A model generated the notes under the pieces. The model worked only from the letters and a program-made list of their open reading frames with translations, searched no databases and had not been told where the DNA came from. A stretch of DNA of 64,000 nucleotides from an uncultured Eubacteriales bacterium (GTDB lineage: Bacteria; Bacillota; Clostridia; Oscillospirales; CAG-272): assembly GCA_905210485.1 (NCBI GenBank), contig CAJLXA010000002.1:4168-68167 (forward strand), written 5' to 3'. Positions 9,873 through 20,390 of this stretch are shown piece by piece. Within the stretch, counting starts at the first letter, position 1. Every line of letters starts with the position of its first letter. A program made the translations under genes and the position numbers.

Positions 9873-10437
9873 TACTCTCTCTATGCTCCTTATAATAAGC
9901 GGCAATGCCGCGATAACTGTCGTTCAATACGCGATCAATTTCTTCTTTTTTCCACGGATAGTACCGGGTGACGATCATAGTGGCAATACCGTGACACACC
10001 GTCCACAGTTCGACATGAAACAATAGCGCCTCTTCACGGGAGACGCCCAGCTTCTCCTGCAACATATCGAGAAGCGGTTCGATCTCGCCGGCGTCGCCGT
10101 CTTCGGTATCCGTCCCTCTGTCGCGCATAAAAAGCAGGCGGAAAAGTTGCGGTTCTTCACTTGCAAAAGCAATATACGCAAGACCGCTGGCTTTATACGG
10201 CGTATCCGATGTGCGCACCGCCGTAAATATCCGTTCTGCGTAAATCTTTTTGGCCTCCGCAATAATTTCCTGCCGCAATTCGTTCATACTGCGGTAGTGG
10301 GAATAAATAGGCTGTGTCGAACAACCGATCTCCGCGGCAAGACGGCGGGCATTCAAAACGCCCTCGCCTTCGCGCTGTACCAATGCAAATGCTTTACGGA
10401 AAATATCTTCTTTGCGTACTTTGACCTTTGGCGGCAC
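9832..10437 (-). CDS. TetR/AcrR-family transcriptional regulator
   Basis: N-terminal HTH (ARRLAAEIGCSTQPIYSHYRSMNEL). GTG start 6 nt after AGGAG. First gene of the exporter operon. Confidence 0.85.
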   Translation of the reverse strand: MPPKVKVRKEDIFRKAFALVQREGEGVLNARRLAAEIGCSTQPIYSHYRSMNELRQEIIAEAKKIYAERIFTAVRTSDTPYKASGLAYIAFASEEPQLFRLLFMRDRGTDTEDGDAGEIEPLLDMLQEKLGVSREEALLFHVELWTVCHGIATMIVTRYYPWKKEEIDRVLNDSYRGIAAYYKEHRESNGSNPNREPDKEV

Positions 10438-10450
10438 GGCTTTCTCCTTT

Positions 10451-10468
10451 ATATAACATATGTTATAT
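10451..10468. promoter_or_regulatory. 18-bp perfect palindrome, candidate TetR operator
   Basis: ATATAACATATGTTATAT equals its own reverse complement. It overlaps the predicted TSS of the promoter at 10473-10501. Confidence 0.6.
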
Positions 10469-10472
10469 ATGT

Positions 10473-10501
10473 ATTATAGCACGCCGGCAAGCCTTTGTCA
10501 A
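10473..10501 (-). promoter_or_regulatory. consensus sigma-A promoter of the TetR/ABC-2 operon
   Basis: On the minus strand: TTGACA (10496-10501), 17 nt, TATAAT (10473-10478). Confidence 0.75.
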
Positions 10502-10537
10502 TAGAAAGCTGCGGACTTTTTACAGAAGATACGAATC

Positions 10538-10587
10538 AAAAAAGAAAAGCACCGCGCGGTATCACGGATACGGATACCGAACGGTGT
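10538..10587 (-). terminator. intrinsic terminator ending the ribosomal alpha operon
   Basis: On the minus strand: CACCG-TTC-GGTATC...GATACC-GCG-CGGTG, an interrupted stem followed by CTTTTCTTTTTT, about 35 nt after the rplQ stop. Confidence 0.7.
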
Positions 10588-10620
10588 TTATCGGGGTATG
10601 TTGTCCCCGGAAACCGCCGA

Positions 10621-11166
10621 TTATTCAGCGGTTTCGGTAGCGGGAGCCTTTTCAGCTTCCGCAGCGGGAGCGGTCTCGGCGACTTTCTTTTTACGGGTAG
10701 TCGTCTTCTTTTTAGCAGGAGCGGCGTCGGCTTCCTTTGCAGCAGCTTCCTTTACGGCAGCTTTCTTTCTGGGAGAAGATTTCTTCGCGGGTTTTACTTC
10801 CTCCACGGGGGCTTCTTCCTTGACGTCCTTCAGCTTGATAAGAGCCATTTCGGCACAGTCGCCGCGGCGCGGACCGAGTTTATAGATCTGCGTATAACCG
10901 CCGGCTACATCGGCATAAGAGGGCGCGATGGTGTCGAACAATTTCTTCGCAACATTCTCGCGGGTCAGAATACCGAGAGCGGTACGATAAGCGGCGAGAT
11001 TGCCCTTTTTGCCGAGCGTAATCAGGTTATCGGTAACGGCGCTGAGTTCCTTTGCTCTCGTGTAAGTGGTCTTGATCTGACCCTTATCGAGAAGATTCGT
11101 CGCCATGCCGTTCAGCATAGCCAATCTGTGCGCGGTAACTCTGCCGAGTTTTCTTGTTCCGGGCAT
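10621..11166 (-). CDS. rplQ: 50S ribosomal protein L17 (bL17) with K/A/E-rich C-terminal extension
   Basis: MPGTRKLGRVTAHRLAMLNGMATNLL core. Last gene of the alpha operon. Confidence 0.95.
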   Translation of the reverse strand: MPGTRKLGRVTAHRLAMLNGMATNLLDKGQIKTTYTRAKELSAVTDNLITLGKKGNLAAYRTALGILTRENVAKKLFDTIAPSYADVAGGYTQIYKLGPRRGDCAEMALIKLKDVKEEAPVEEVKPAKKSSPRKKAAVKEAAAKEADAAPAKKKTTTRKKKVAETAPAAEAEKAPATETAE

Positions 11167-11186
11167 TTTTCTTTCTCCTTATAAGA

Positions 11187-12158
11187 TTAGTCTTCAACCG
11201 TTTTCAGGTTGAGTCCCAAAGAATGCAGTTTCTGAATCACTTCTTCGAGAGACTTTCTGCCGAGGTTTCTGACCTTGATCATATCCTCTTCGGTACGGTT
11301 GATCAGATCCTCCACCGTGTCGATACCGGCACGTTTCAGGCAGTTAAAGCTACGGACGGAGAGGTCGAGTTCCTCAATCGTCATCTCCAGAACCTTTTCC
11401 TTCTTGGTTTCCTCACGTTCGATCATTACCTCTGCATGACGCGCGTCGTCGGACATACCGACAAAGAGGTTCAGATGTTCGTTCAGAATTTTTGCGGCGT
11501 GAGCGATGGCTTCCTTGGCGGAAATCGTGCCATTCGTCAGAACGCGCATCGTGAGTTTATCGTAATCGGTGATATTGCCTACACGGGTATTCTCCACTTT
11601 GTATTCCACACGAAGAACGGGGGTAAAGATGGAATCGGTGAAAATCGTACCGATCGGGGCGCCAACGCCGCCCGAAGACATGAGATAATATTGTTTGTTC
11701 TTATCCTGCGAAACATAACCGCGACCCGCGTCAAACGTGATCTCCATGTAAAACCGTGCGTCGGCACTTACCGTGGCGATATGCTGGTCGGGGTTAAAAA
11801 TTTCGATGTCGGAATCGGGGATAATATCGGCAGCCGTCACAACGCAGGGACCCGTAACGTCAATCGTTACGGTTTTCGGGCTGTTCGTGTGCAGCTTGGC
11901 AATGATGCCTTTCACGTTCAGAACGATTTCGGGAACGTCTTCCTTGACACCCTGCACAGCGGAAATCTCATGAAGGACACCGCCGATTTTGATACTCGTT
12001 GCCGCATAGCCCTGCAAAGAGCTGAGAAGAATACGGCGCAGAGAGTTGCCGAGCGTCTGGCCGTAACCGCGTTCAAGCGGTTCGACAACGAAAAGACCCT
12101 CGCTGCCGGATTCGTTCAGATCCTGCGTGCTGACATCGGGCTTCTCTATTCCAATCAT
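11187..12158 (-). CDS. rpoA: DNA-directed RNA polymerase subunit alpha
   Basis: MIGIEKPDV... RpoA sequence. GGAGG lies 8 nt before the ATG at 12158. The ORF-track TTG at 12173 sits inside that RBS. Confidence 0.95.
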   Translation of the reverse strand: MIGIEKPDVSTQDLNESGSEGLFVVEPLERGYGQTLGNSLRRILLSSLQGYAATSIKIGGVLHEISAVQGVKEDVPEIVLNVKGIIAKLHTNSPKTVTIDVTGPCVVTAADIIPDSDIEIFNPDQHIATVSADARFYMEITFDAGRGYVSQDKNKQYYLMSSGGVGAPIGTIFTDSIFTPVLRVEYKVENTRVGNITDYDKLTMRVLTNGTISAKEAIAHAAKILNEHLNLFVGMSDDARHAEVMIEREETKKEKVLEMTIEELDLSVRSFNCLKRAGIDTVEDLINRTEEDMIKVRNLGRKSLEEVIQKLHSLGLNLKTVED

Positions 12159-12284
12159 GTTCAATTCCTCCAAAATCTTTGATTTAGTGGCAATCGTTTC
12201 CGCCGTTGCGGAAACAGTCGTACAACAATAATCCGTATAACGGAGCTACGGGAAAAAATCCCGCGGCGCCGTACTCGGAGGCTG

Positions 12285-12911
12285 TTATTTGGAATAAAGT
12301 TCGACGATAAGCTGTTCGTCAAAGTCAAAGTCGATGTCTTCTCTTGCGGGAAGAGCAACTACTTTTGCCTGCATTTCAGCAGCATTGACCTCCAGCCATT
12401 TCGGCTTGATACGGCCTTCAACAGCTTCGGCAAGTCCTTTGATCTTGGCGGAATCCTTGCTGTTTTCGGCAACGGCGATCACGTCGCCGGCCTTCACAAG
12501 GATCGAGGGAATGTTGGCCTTTTTACCGTTGATGGTAAAGTGACCGTGCAGAACGAGCTGACGCGCTTCCTTGCGGCTTTCGGCCATACCCATTCTGTAT
12601 ACAACGTTATCAAAGCGGCGTTCAAGAAGGATAAGGAGGTTTTCACCCGTCATGCCTTCCATGCTTTCGGCTTTCTTGTAGTAGTTAAGGAACTGGGCTT
12701 CCAGTACGCCGTAATAGCGGCGGGCTTTCTGCTTCTCACGAAGCTGCATGCCGTATTCACCCATTTTTTTGCGGGCAGCACCGTGCTGACCCGGCGCGGA
12801 AGTTCTGTGCTCCAGCGCGCATTTGCCGGAGGTGCAACGGTCGCCTTTCAGAAAGAGTTTGGTACCCTCTCTGCGGCACATTTTGCAGCTCGGACCTGTA
12901 TATCTTGCCAT
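12285..12911 (-). CDS. rpsD: 30S ribosomal protein S4 (uS4), Cys4 zinc form
   Basis: [32 protein letters not shown]. Confidence 0.95.
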   Translation of the reverse strand: MARYTGPSCKMCRREGTKLFLKGDRCTSGKCALEHRTSAPGQHGAARKKMGEYGMQLREKQKARRYYGVLEAQFLNYYKKAESMEGMTGENLLILLERRFDNVVYRMGMAESRKEARQLVLHGHFTINGKKANIPSILVKAGDVIAVAENSKDSAKIKGLAEAVEGRIKPKWLEVNAAEMQAKVVALPAREDIDFDFDEQLIVELYSK

Positions 12912-12930
12912 TCTTCTATACCTCCTGTTA

Positions 12931-13332
12931 TCAAACGCGACGACGTTTCGGGGGACGGCAGCCGTTGTGAGGAATAGGCGTTACGTCACGAATGAGCGTA
13001 ATGTCCAGTCCTGCGGTCTGCAGTGCGCGAATTGCGGATTCGCGACCCGATCCGGGGCCTCTGACATAAACTTCAACCGTCTTCATACCGTGATCCATAG
13101 CAAGCTTTGCAGCCTGTTCAGCGGCGGTCTGAGCGGCGAAAGGAGTTGATTTCTTTGAACCTTTGAAACCGAGTTCACCGGCGGATGCCCAGGAAATAAC
13201 ATTTCCCTGTACATCGGTAATGGTAACGATCGTGTTGTTAAAAGTGGAACGGATATGCGCAGTACCTTTTTCGATATTCTTGCGCTCACGACGCTTTTTA
13301 ACAACTTTTTTAGTTGCAGCGGTAGTAGCCAT
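12931..13332 (-). CDS. rpsK: 30S ribosomal protein S11 (uS11)
   Basis: [30 protein letters not shown]. Confidence 0.95.
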   Translation of the reverse strand: MATTAATKKVVKKRRERKNIEKGTAHIRSTFNNTIVTITDVQGNVISWASAGELGFKGSKKSTPFAAQTAAEQAAKLAMDHGMKTVEVYVRGPGSGRESAIRALQTAGLDITLIRDVTPIPHNGCRPPKRRRV

Positions 13333-13345
13333 CTGTTCTCACTCC

Positions 13346-13714
13346 TTATTTCTTCTTGTTGGCAATGGTCTTGACCGGGCCTTTTCTGGTTCTGGCATTG
13401 GTCTTTGTTCTCTGACCGCGAACCGGGAGACCCTTTCTGTGACGGATGCCGCGATAGCAGTTGATTTCGACCATGCTCTTGATGTTCATGGAAACTTCAC
13501 GGCGGAGATCGCCTTCCACATGGTACGAGGTTTCGATTTCGTCACGGAGTTTGGCGATTTCGGCTTCCGTAAGATCCTTGGCACGGGTGTCGGGATTGAC
13601 ACCGGTCTTGGCAAGAATATCGCGGGCGCTCTTGACGCCGATACCGTAGATATAAGTGAGCGCATATTCAACGCGCTTTTCGTTAGGAATATCAACACCA
13701 GCTATACGAGCCAT
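13346..13714 (-). CDS. rpsM: 30S ribosomal protein S13 (uS13)
   Basis: [26 protein letters not shown]. Confidence 0.95.
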   Translation of the reverse strand: MARIAGVDIPNEKRVEYALTYIYGIGVKSARDILAKTGVNPDTRAKDLTEAEIAKLRDEIETSYHVEGDLRREVSMNIKSMVEINCYRGIRHRKGLPVRGQRTKTNARTRKGPVKTIANKKK

Positions 13715-13758
13715 TTTCGATATTTCACTCCTTCTTCAATTCTTAAAGTCCGGCGATC

Positions 13759-13872
13759 TCAGCCCTGCTTCTGCTTATGCTTCGGGTTTTCGCAGATCAC
13801 CATGACCTTACCTTTTCTTTTAATGATTTTGCATTTATCGCAAATCTTTTTAACGGAAGGTTTAACTTTCAC
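13759..13872 (-). CDS. rpmJ: 50S ribosomal protein L36 (bL36), zinc form
   Basis: Not in the ORF track. Reverse translation gives (GTG)[36 protein letters not shown] followed by a stop. Confidence 0.9.
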   Translation of the reverse strand: MKVKPSVKKICDKCKIIKRKGKVMVICENPKHKQKQG

Positions 13873-13902
13873 GGTTTTATACCTTTCCTTTCAGAGATTA
13901 TT

Positions 13903-14124
13903 TTACTTTTTTCTCCAGGTGATGCGACCTTTTGTCAGGTCGTAAACCGATACCTCAACGGTCACGGTATCGCCCGGAAGAATCTTGATATAGTTCATGC
14001 GAAGCTTACCGGATATATGAGCGGTCACAACATGACCGTTCGGTAGCTTGACTTTGAATACAGCGTTCGGAAGGGCTTCCAGAACAACGCCGTCTTCAAA
14101 TTCCATCACATCGTCCTTTGGCAC
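13903..14124 (-). CDS. infA: translation initiation factor IF-1
   Basis: S1-like sequence [42 protein letters not shown] start after AGGAGG. Confidence 0.95.
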   Translation of the reverse strand: MPKDDVMEFEDGVVLEALPNAVFKVKLPNGHVVTAHISGKLRMNYIKILPGDTVTVEVSVYDLTKGRITWRKK

Positions 14125-14144
14125 GATAAATCCTCCTTAGAAAC

Positions 14145-14897
14145 TTAGTTCGCAACGGTCAGAATGACCGGTCCGTCTTCCGTAATCGCCACGGTATTTT
14201 CATAATGCGCGGAGAGTTTACGGTCTGCGGTGACAACGGTCCAACCGTCCCGAAGTTCGCACACGTTTGCAGTGCCGACGTTCACCATGGGTTCAATGGC
14301 GATCGTCATGCCGGAATACAGTCTTGCGCCGCGTCCCGCCGTGCCGAAATTCGGTACTTCGGGATCTTCATGCAGTTCATGTCCGACCCCGTGCCCGATG
14401 TACTTACGCACAACGGAGAAGCCGTTTTCCACTACATATTTTTCGATAGCACTGCCGATGTCGCCGATTCGGTTGCCTGCTTTGGCGAAAACGACTCCGT
14501 GTTCGAAACTTTCCCGAGTGACGCGGATAAGTTTCAGAGCCTCTTCGCTCACGTGACCGACCGCATAGGTTCTTGCGGAGTCACCGTGATAGCCGCGATA
14601 GCAAGCGCCGACGTCGACCTTGACAATGTCGCCGTCCCGGATCACCACATGGTGACTGGGAATGCCGTGAATGACCTGCTCGTTAAGACTGATACAAGCG
14701 CTTCCGGGGAATCCCCCGTAGCCGAGGAAAGAGGGGCGGGCGCCGGATTTCACAATGAAATCGTGGATCTTATCGTCCAGTTCCTTTGTCGTCATACCGG
14801 GACGCAGGCATTGCTCCGCATAGAGCAACGCCTCCGCCGTAATACGACCCGCGTCTTTCATCAAACGCAACTGTTCTGCTGTTTTGATCGGAATCAT
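14145..14897 (-). CDS. map: type I methionine aminopeptidase
   Basis: 250-aa MetAP with metal-ligand context (DIVKVDVGA, HGVGHELHE, AIEP). Confidence 0.9.
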   Translation of the reverse strand: MIPIKTAEQLRLMKDAGRITAEALLYAEQCLRPGMTTKELDDKIHDFIVKSGARPSFLGYGGFPGSACISLNEQVIHGIPSHHVVIRDGDIVKVDVGACYRGYHGDSARTYAVGHVSEEALKLIRVTRESFEHGVVFAKAGNRIGDIGSAIEKYVVENGFSVVRKYIGHGVGHELHEDPEVPNFGTAGRGARLYSGMTIAIEPMVNVGTANVCELRDGWTVVTADRKLSAHYENTVAITEDGPVILTVAN

Positions 14898-14903
14898 AAA
14901 TGT

Positions 14904-15533
14904 TTATACTCCGAGTGCCGCAAAAGTGCGTGCCGTTGTTTCTTCAAGAAGTTCTGCGCCTTTGACCACTTTGAGAATTCCCTTCTTCTGATAGAAATCT
15001 TTCAAAGGTTCGGTCACATCGTGGTACACTTTCAGACGTTCCAGTACAACTTCGGGAGCGTCGTCTTTGCGAATCGTGAGTTCTGCACCGCACTTATCGC
15101 AATGAACATTGTCTGCCGAGGGATTGTACTGTGTGTGATAGGTAGCGCCGCATCCGCATACGCGGCGGCCGCTCATGCGCTTTACGATGTCTTCATCGGC
15201 AACATAAAGTTCAAGAACGACGTCAATGCCGACGCCCATTTTGTCCAGTGCCTCAGCCTGAGGCACCGTACGGGGGAATCCGTCAAGGATAAAACCGTTT
15301 TTACAGTCGGGGTTTTCAAGACGTTCTTTGATGATGCCGATAACGACTTCATCGGGAACGAGCTTGCCGTTTTCCGTATACTGCTTGGCGGCGAGACCCA
15401 TAGCGGTTCCCGTTTTTATAGCCTCGCGGATAATGGCGCCGGTGGAGATTGTCGGGATCGAAAGACGTTCCGACAGAAGTTCCGCCTGCGTGCCTTTGCC
15501 CGCGCCGGGGGCTCCTAAAAAGATAATTCTCAT
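14904..15533 (-). CDS. adk: adenylate kinase (zinc-lid type)
   Basis: MRIIFLGAPGAGKGTQ P-loop. The lid carries CGCG...CDKCG cysteines. Confidence 0.95.
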   Translation of the reverse strand: MRIIFLGAPGAGKGTQAELLSERLSIPTISTGAIIREAIKTGTAMGLAAKQYTENGKLVPDEVVIGIIKERLENPDCKNGFILDGFPRTVPQAEALDKMGVGIDVVLELYVADEDIVKRMSGRRVCGCGATYHTQYNPSADNVHCDKCGAELTIRKDDAPEVVLERLKVYHDVTEPLKDFYQKKGILKVVKGAELLEETTARTFAALGV

Positions 15534-15548
15534 ACTTTTCCTCCGATT

Positions 15549-16967
15549 TTAATCCAGGAAGCCTTTGTAACTACGCATGGACAGCTGAGATTCCAGTTCC
15601 CGCGCGGTTTCCTCAATAACACCGACAACAATCAGAATCGACGTACCGCCGAAAGTGAACGCGGAAGTGAAATAGGAAAGATACGCCGCATAGCCCGTGC
15701 CGGACACAATGACCGACACACCGGGAACAAACAAAGCCGCCTTAACGATGATCGGAAGCAGCGCCACGATACCGAGGAAGATTGCGCCGGCAAGCGTAAT
15801 ACGGGAGACAATGCGCGAAATGAATTCCGCTGTAGGTCTGCCCTGACGGATACCGGGGATCATACCGCCGTTCTTTTTAAGGTTATTGGAAATCTCAATC
15901 GGATTGAACGAGATCTGAATATAGAAATACGAAAATGCAATAATCAGAACAAAGAGCGACACCGCGTAGAACCAGTTGTTGGTATCGCAAAAATCATAGA
16001 GACGGTTCCAGAACGAAGGGTTCTTCACTGCGGAAGCACTCTTGACGTTGAAGAACATCATGATCGTTGCGGGAAGCGTGCAAATGGAACTTGCGAAGAT
16101 AATCGGCATAACGCCGCTCATGTTCAGCTTGATCGGCAGATTGGAGTTCTGTCCGCCATACATCTTGCGTCCGACGGTACGTTTGGCGTACTGAATCGGA
16201 ATACGGCGTTCGGAGCCGGTCACAAAGATGATGAAGACGGTCAGTGCAATAAGACCGATGACAATCACGGCCGTCAGTACAGACGCCCAGACGATCGCCG
16301 ATACCTTTCCCGTGGTCTTCGACGCGCCGGTCTGGAAAAGCAGAACCAGTTTATATACGACCGTAGGAAGTGTGGAAATGATGTTGGCGAAAAGGATCAA
16401 AGAAATGCCGTTTCCGAGGCCGTTTTCATTGATCTTTTCGGCAAGCCACATCACCAGCGCGGCACCGGCACAGAAGCAAAGAATAATGACAATCGCATAG
16501 AACCATGCAAGATTGCCGCTGCTTGCTTCACTCTTGAGACAACCGTAGTTTCTCAGGATAAAATAATAACCGAGAGCTGTAACGACAGCGATGATAACGG
16601 TGATAAAACGCGTGAGAGCATTCAGGAATTTCTTGCCCTCTTCGCCCTCTTTCGATTTGCGTTCCAGCGGTTTAATCGCCACGCAAAGAAGCTGAACGAT
16701 AATGGACGCGTTGATATAAGGCGACACGCCGAGGGCGAACAGGGTACCCTGTGCCAAAGCGCCGCCGGAAAGCAGGTCGAGATAGGAGAAGATACCCGTT
16801 ATCGACGTAACGAAGGATTCCCCTCCGGTGCCAACCAGTTTATTATGGTCGATAAAAGGAACGGGAATGACCGTACCGATACGGTACAGGAGCAGGATAA
16901 AAAGCACAAACAGAATCTTTTTTCTGATATCGGGCGTTTTCCATGCGTTTTTTAAAGTCTGAAGCAT
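15549..16967 (-). CDS. secY: preprotein translocase subunit SecY
   Basis: 472-aa 10-TM protein at the canonical spc-operon position. Confidence 0.95.
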   Translation of the reverse strand: MLQTLKNAWKTPDIRKKILFVLFILLLYRIGTVIPVPFIDHNKLVGTGGESFVTSITGIFSYLDLLSGGALAQGTLFALGVSPYINASIIVQLLCVAIKPLERKSKEGEEGKKFLNALTRFITVIIAVVTALGYYFILRNYGCLKSEASSGNLAWFYAIVIILCFCAGAALVMWLAEKINENGLGNGISLILFANIISTLPTVVYKLVLLFQTGASKTTGKVSAIVWASVLTAVIVIGLIALTVFIIFVTGSERRIPIQYAKRTVGRKMYGGQNSNLPIKLNMSGVMPIIFASSICTLPATIMMFFNVKSASAVKNPSFWNRLYDFCDTNNWFYAVSLFVLIIAFSYFYIQISFNPIEISNNLKKNGGMIPGIRQGRPTAEFISRIVSRITLAGAIFLGIVALLPIIVKAALFVPGVSVIVSGTGYAAYLSYFTSAFTFGGTSILIVVGVIEETARELESQLSMRSYKGFLD

Positions 16968-17408
16968 TTAGATTACCTCAGTCTTTCCACCTGCTGCTTC
17001 AATCTTTCCTTTCGCTGTTTCCGAAAAGACTTTCGCTTTCACGGTAAGATTTTTCTGCAGTTCACCTTTGCCGAGAATTTTTACGCCGTCACATACCTTG
17101 CTGACAACGCCGGCTGCGAGGAGTGCGTCTGCGTCAACGACTGCGCCGTCGTCGAAACGATTGAGAGACTCAACATTAACAACAACATACTGCTTTGCAA
17201 ACTTATTGTGGAAGCCTCTCTTCGGAAGTCTTCTGTAAAGCGGGAGCTGACCGCCTTCAAATCCGGGTTTTACACCGCCGCCGGAGCGGGCGTTCTGACC
17301 CTTGTGGCCTTTGCCGGCCGTTTTGCCATTGCCGGAACCTGTGCCTCTGCCCTTGCGGAAGTTTTCCTTAACGGAGCCTTCTGCGGGAGAAAGTTCATGG
17401 AGCTTCAT
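16968..17408 (-). CDS. rplO: 50S ribosomal protein L15 (uL15)
   Basis: [36 protein letters not shown] precedes the ATG at 17408. The ORF-track TTG start is rejected. Confidence 0.95.
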   Translation of the reverse strand: MKLHELSPAEGSVKENFRKGRGTGSGNGKTAGKGHKGQNARSGGGVKPGFEGGQLPLYRRLPKRGFHNKFAKQYVVVNVESLNRFDDGAVVDADALLAAGVVSKVCDGVKILGKGELQKNLTVKAKVFSETAKGKIEAAGGKTEVI

Positions 17409-17433
17409 AATATATCCTCCTTTCAAATTCCGA

Positions 17434-17613
17434 TTAAACGGTTTCCGTCTTGACGAGGTGACGAAGAACGTTCACCTTGCCGAGAACGGCATCGTTCTTC
17501 GCACCGACGAACGTGTCGCCGATTTTGCGAAGACCGAGAGACTGCGCGGTAGCTTTCTGTGCGGGGTTCGTGCCGATAAGGCTCTTTACGAGGGTGATCT
17601 TGATCTGTTCCAT
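17434..17613 (-). CDS. rpmD: 50S ribosomal protein L30 (uL30)
   Basis: Not in the ORF track. Reverse translation gives [59 protein letters not shown]. Confidence 0.9.
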   Translation of the reverse strand: MEQIKITLVKSLIGTNPAQKATAQSLGLRKIGDTFVGAKNDAVLGKVNVLRHLVKTETV

Positions 17614-17625
17614 TGTGACCCCTCC

Positions 17626-18129
17626 TTAACCCTTGACCTGCTCGGTGGAAATGCCGCGGGTAGCCGCCACTTCTTCCACGGTGCGGAGTTCTTTCAGACC
17701 CTCGAAAGTCGCTTTAACGACGTTCGTCGGGTTGTTGGAACGCAGGCACTTTGCACGGATATTTTTGATGCCGGCGAGTTCGAGAACGTCACGAACTGCG
17801 CCGCCGGCGATGATACCGGTACCGGGAGCGGCAGGTTTCAGAAGAACCTTGCCGGCACCGTATACACCGATAATTTCATGGGGGATGGTCGAACCGTTGA
17901 GGGAAACCTCAATCATGTTCTTCTTTGCGTCTTCGGTTCCCTTACGGATCGCATCGGGAACTTCGGCTGCTTTACCGAGACCGAAACCGACGTGGCCGTT
18001 ACCGTCGCCGACAATCATGATCGCTGCGAAACGGGCAATGCGGCCGCCTTTTACGGTTTTGGAAACACGGTTCAGTACAACGAGCTTTTCCTGAAGGTCA
18101 AGCTCTGCTGCATTAATTCTTTTTGCCAT
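17626..18129 (-). CDS. rpsE: 30S ribosomal protein S5 (uS5)
   Basis: [36 protein letters not shown] precedes the ATG at 18129. Confidence 0.95.
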   Translation of the reverse strand: MAKRINAAELDLQEKLVVLNRVSKTVKGGRIARFAAIMIVGDGNGHVGFGLGKAAEVPDAIRKGTEDAKKNMIEVSLNGSTIPHEIIGVYGAGKVLLKPAAPGTGIIAGGAVRDVLELAGIKNIRAKCLRSNNPTNVVKATFEGLKELRTVEEVAATRGISTEQVKG

Positions 18130-18187
18130 GTTTTTACTCCTTAATGTTTTCAAAAAATCTTTTTGAAACTGTGTACAAACCGAAGAA

Positions 18188-18547
18188 TCAGAACTTCAGG
18201 CCACCCTCACGGGCGCCTTCAGCCAGCTCCGATACACGTCCGTGGTAGATATAACCGCCACGGTCAAATACAACAGCCGAAATACCTTTTTCAAGAGCGC
18301 GCTCCGCAATGGCCTTGCCGACCTTGCGGGCTGCTTCTTTGTTAGAACCGATTCCCTCAAAATTCTTTTCAAGGGAGGACGCGGAAACGAGCGTCACACC
18401 GGCGACATCGTCGATGATCTGCGCGCTGATATTTGCGTTAGAGCGATAAACAGCGAGACGGGGTTTTTCGGCAGTGCCGGAAACCTTGCTTCTGACGCGA
18501 ACATGTCTCTTAAGACGCTGTTTGTTGCTATCAATCTTCTTTACCAT
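18188..18547 (-). CDS. rplR: 50S ribosomal protein L18 (uL18)
   Basis: [27 protein letters not shown]. Confidence 0.95.
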   Translation of the reverse strand: MVKKIDSNKQRLKRHVRVRSKVSGTAEKPRLAVYRSNANISAQIIDDVAGVTLVSASSLEKNFEGIGSNKEAARKVGKAIAERALEKGISAVVFDRGGYIYHGRVSELAEGAREGGLKF

Positions 18548-18565
18548 TTCGATTCCACTCCTTTA

Positions 18566-19105
18566 TTATTTACCGGTCTTTCCGGCCTTGCGGCGGATGT
18601 GTTCACCGGCATACTTGATACCCTTGCCGAGGTACGGTTCGGGCGGTCTCTTCTCGCGGATCTGCGCGGCGATCTGGCCGACAGCCTGCTTATCAATACC
18701 TTTAACGATAATGGTCGTGTTATCGGGAAGGTCATAGGAAATTCCGTTACCTTCTTCAAAGAAGACCTGGTGGGAATAACCGAGATTCAGAACAAGTTTC
18801 TTGCCCTGTTTTTCGGCGCGGTAGCCGACGCCGTTGATCTCAAGTCTCTTTTCATAGCCTTTGGTAACGCCCTCCACCATGTTGTGGATCAGCGTTCTGG
18901 TAAGACCGTGAATAGAGCGGTTTTCCTTTTCGTCATCGGGACGGGAAACGATGACCGTTCCGTCCTTGACTTCGATTTTCATGTTTTCGTTCAGCTTCTG
19001 CGTAAGTTCGCCTTTCGGACCCTTTACCGTAACGAGGTTATCGGCACCTACCGTAACGGTAACGCCTGCGGGAACCGCAATGGGAGCTCTTCCGATTCTG
19101 GACAT
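18566..19105 (-). CDS. rplF: 50S ribosomal protein L6 (uL6)
   Basis: [19 protein letters not shown]. Confidence 0.95.
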   Translation of the reverse strand: MSRIGRAPIAVPAGVTVTVGADNLVTVKGPKGELTQKLNENMKIEVKDGTVIVSRPDDEKENRSIHGLTRTLIHNMVEGVTKGYEKRLEINGVGYRAEKQGKKLVLNLGYSHQVFFEEGNGISYDLPDNTTIIVKGIDKQAVGQIAAQIREKRPPEPYLGKGIKYAGEHIRRKAGKTGK

Positions 19106-19120
19106 TCTTCTTTACCTCCC

Positions 19121-19519
19121 TTACCAAACGAATGCAAGCACTTCGCCGCCAACGTTTGCCTTGCGGGCAGCCTTGTCGGTCATAATGCCTTTAGAAGTGG
19201 AAATGATGGCGATGCCAAGACCGTTCATAACACGGGGCATATCTTCACAGTTCGAGTAAATACGAAGACCGGGCTTCGACACTCTGCGGAGGCCGTGAAT
19301 GACCTTCTGCTTACCGGGGAGATATTTCAGGGTGATACGAATGATACCCTGTTTGCCGTCTTCAACGACCTGGTAACCTTTGATGAAGCCTTCGGCGACG
19401 AGAATGTCGGCGATAGCTTTCTTCATATTGGACGCGGGAACATCAACAGTTTCATGCTTCGCATTGCTGGCGTTTCTGATTCTGGTGAGCATGTCTGCAA
19501 TGACATCTGACATTTGCAT
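19121..19519 (-). CDS. rpsH: 30S ribosomal protein S8 (uS8)
   Basis: [26 protein letters not shown]. Confidence 0.95.
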   Translation of the reverse strand: MQMSDVIADMLTRIRNASNAKHETVDVPASNMKKAIADILVAEGFIKGYQVVEDGKQGIIRITLKYLPGKQKVIHGLRRVSKPGLRIYSNCEDMPRVMNGLGIAIISTSKGIMTDKAARKANVGGEVLAFVW

Positions 19520-19636
19520 TTTAATTATCCTCCTTAATGCAAGTTCTTGCTTGCTGCCACTTCTGCGTGGCGGCTGACCGGTGGTAAAGCCATATGCTTC
19601 CTGCCGGTAGATTAGAGAATTTTTCCCGGATTCAAA

Positions 19637-19822
19637 TTACCAGGAAGCTTTTTTCACACCCGGAATCTCGCCCTTGTATGCGAGTTCACGGAAGCAGATA
19701 CGGCAGATGCCGTATTTGCGGAGGTACGCATGAGGTCTGCCGCAGATCTTGCATCTGTTGTACGCACGGGTAGAGAACTTCGGCTCTGCCTTCTGCTTAT
19801 TGACCATAGACTTTTTAGCCAT
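19637..19822 (-). CDS. rpsN: 30S ribosomal protein S14 type Z (zinc form)
   Basis: 61 aa with CKICGRP...CRICFRE. Confidence 0.95.
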   Translation of the reverse strand: MAKKSMVNKQKAEPKFSTRAYNRCKICGRPHAYLRKYGICRICFRELAYKGEIPGVKKASW

Positions 19823-19837
19823 GTTACGTTTCCTCCC

Positions 19838-20377
19838 TTATTTCGCAAACGGAGCGCCCATCAGCGTGAGCAACTCTTTTGCTTCTTCATCGGTTTGTGC
19901 GGTGGTTACGAAAACGATATCCATACCGCGGATCTTATCCACTTTATCATACTCGATTTCGGGGAAGATCAACTGTTCCTTAAGGCCAAGGGCATAGTTG
20001 CCGCGGCCGTCGAACGCGTTGGGGTTGATACCCTTGAAGTCACGAACGCGGGGCAGAGCGAAGGTGAACAGTCTGTCGACAAATTCATACATCTTTTCGC
20101 CGCGCAGAGTAACTTTAACGCCGATCTTCACGCCTTCACGGAGTTTGAAGTTAGCCACCGACTTCTTTGCATAAGTCGGAACGGCTTTCTGACCGGAAAT
20201 GAGCGTGATTTCGTCCACGATGGTGTCGATAACCTTGGCGTTGTCTTTCGCATCGCCGGCGCCGACATTGATAACGACCTTATCCAGTTTCGGAATCTGC
20301 ATCGTGCTCTTGTAACCGAATTTCTTAAAGAGTGCGGGAGCAATCTCTTTTTTATACATTTCACTGAATCTCGACAT
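19838..20377 (-). CDS. rplE: 50S ribosomal protein L5 (uL5)
   Basis: 179-aa uL5 sequence at the canonical spc position. Confidence 0.95.
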   Translation of the reverse strand: MSRFSEMYKKEIAPALFKKFGYKSTMQIPKLDKVVINVGAGDAKDNAKVIDTIVDEITLISGQKAVPTYAKKSVANFKLREGVKIGVKVTLRGEKMYEFVDRLFTFALPRVRDFKGINPNAFDGRGNYALGLKEQLIFPEIEYDKVDKIRGMDIVFVTTAQTDEEAKELLTLMGAPFAK

Positions 20378-20390
20378 TGCTTCTTCCTCC

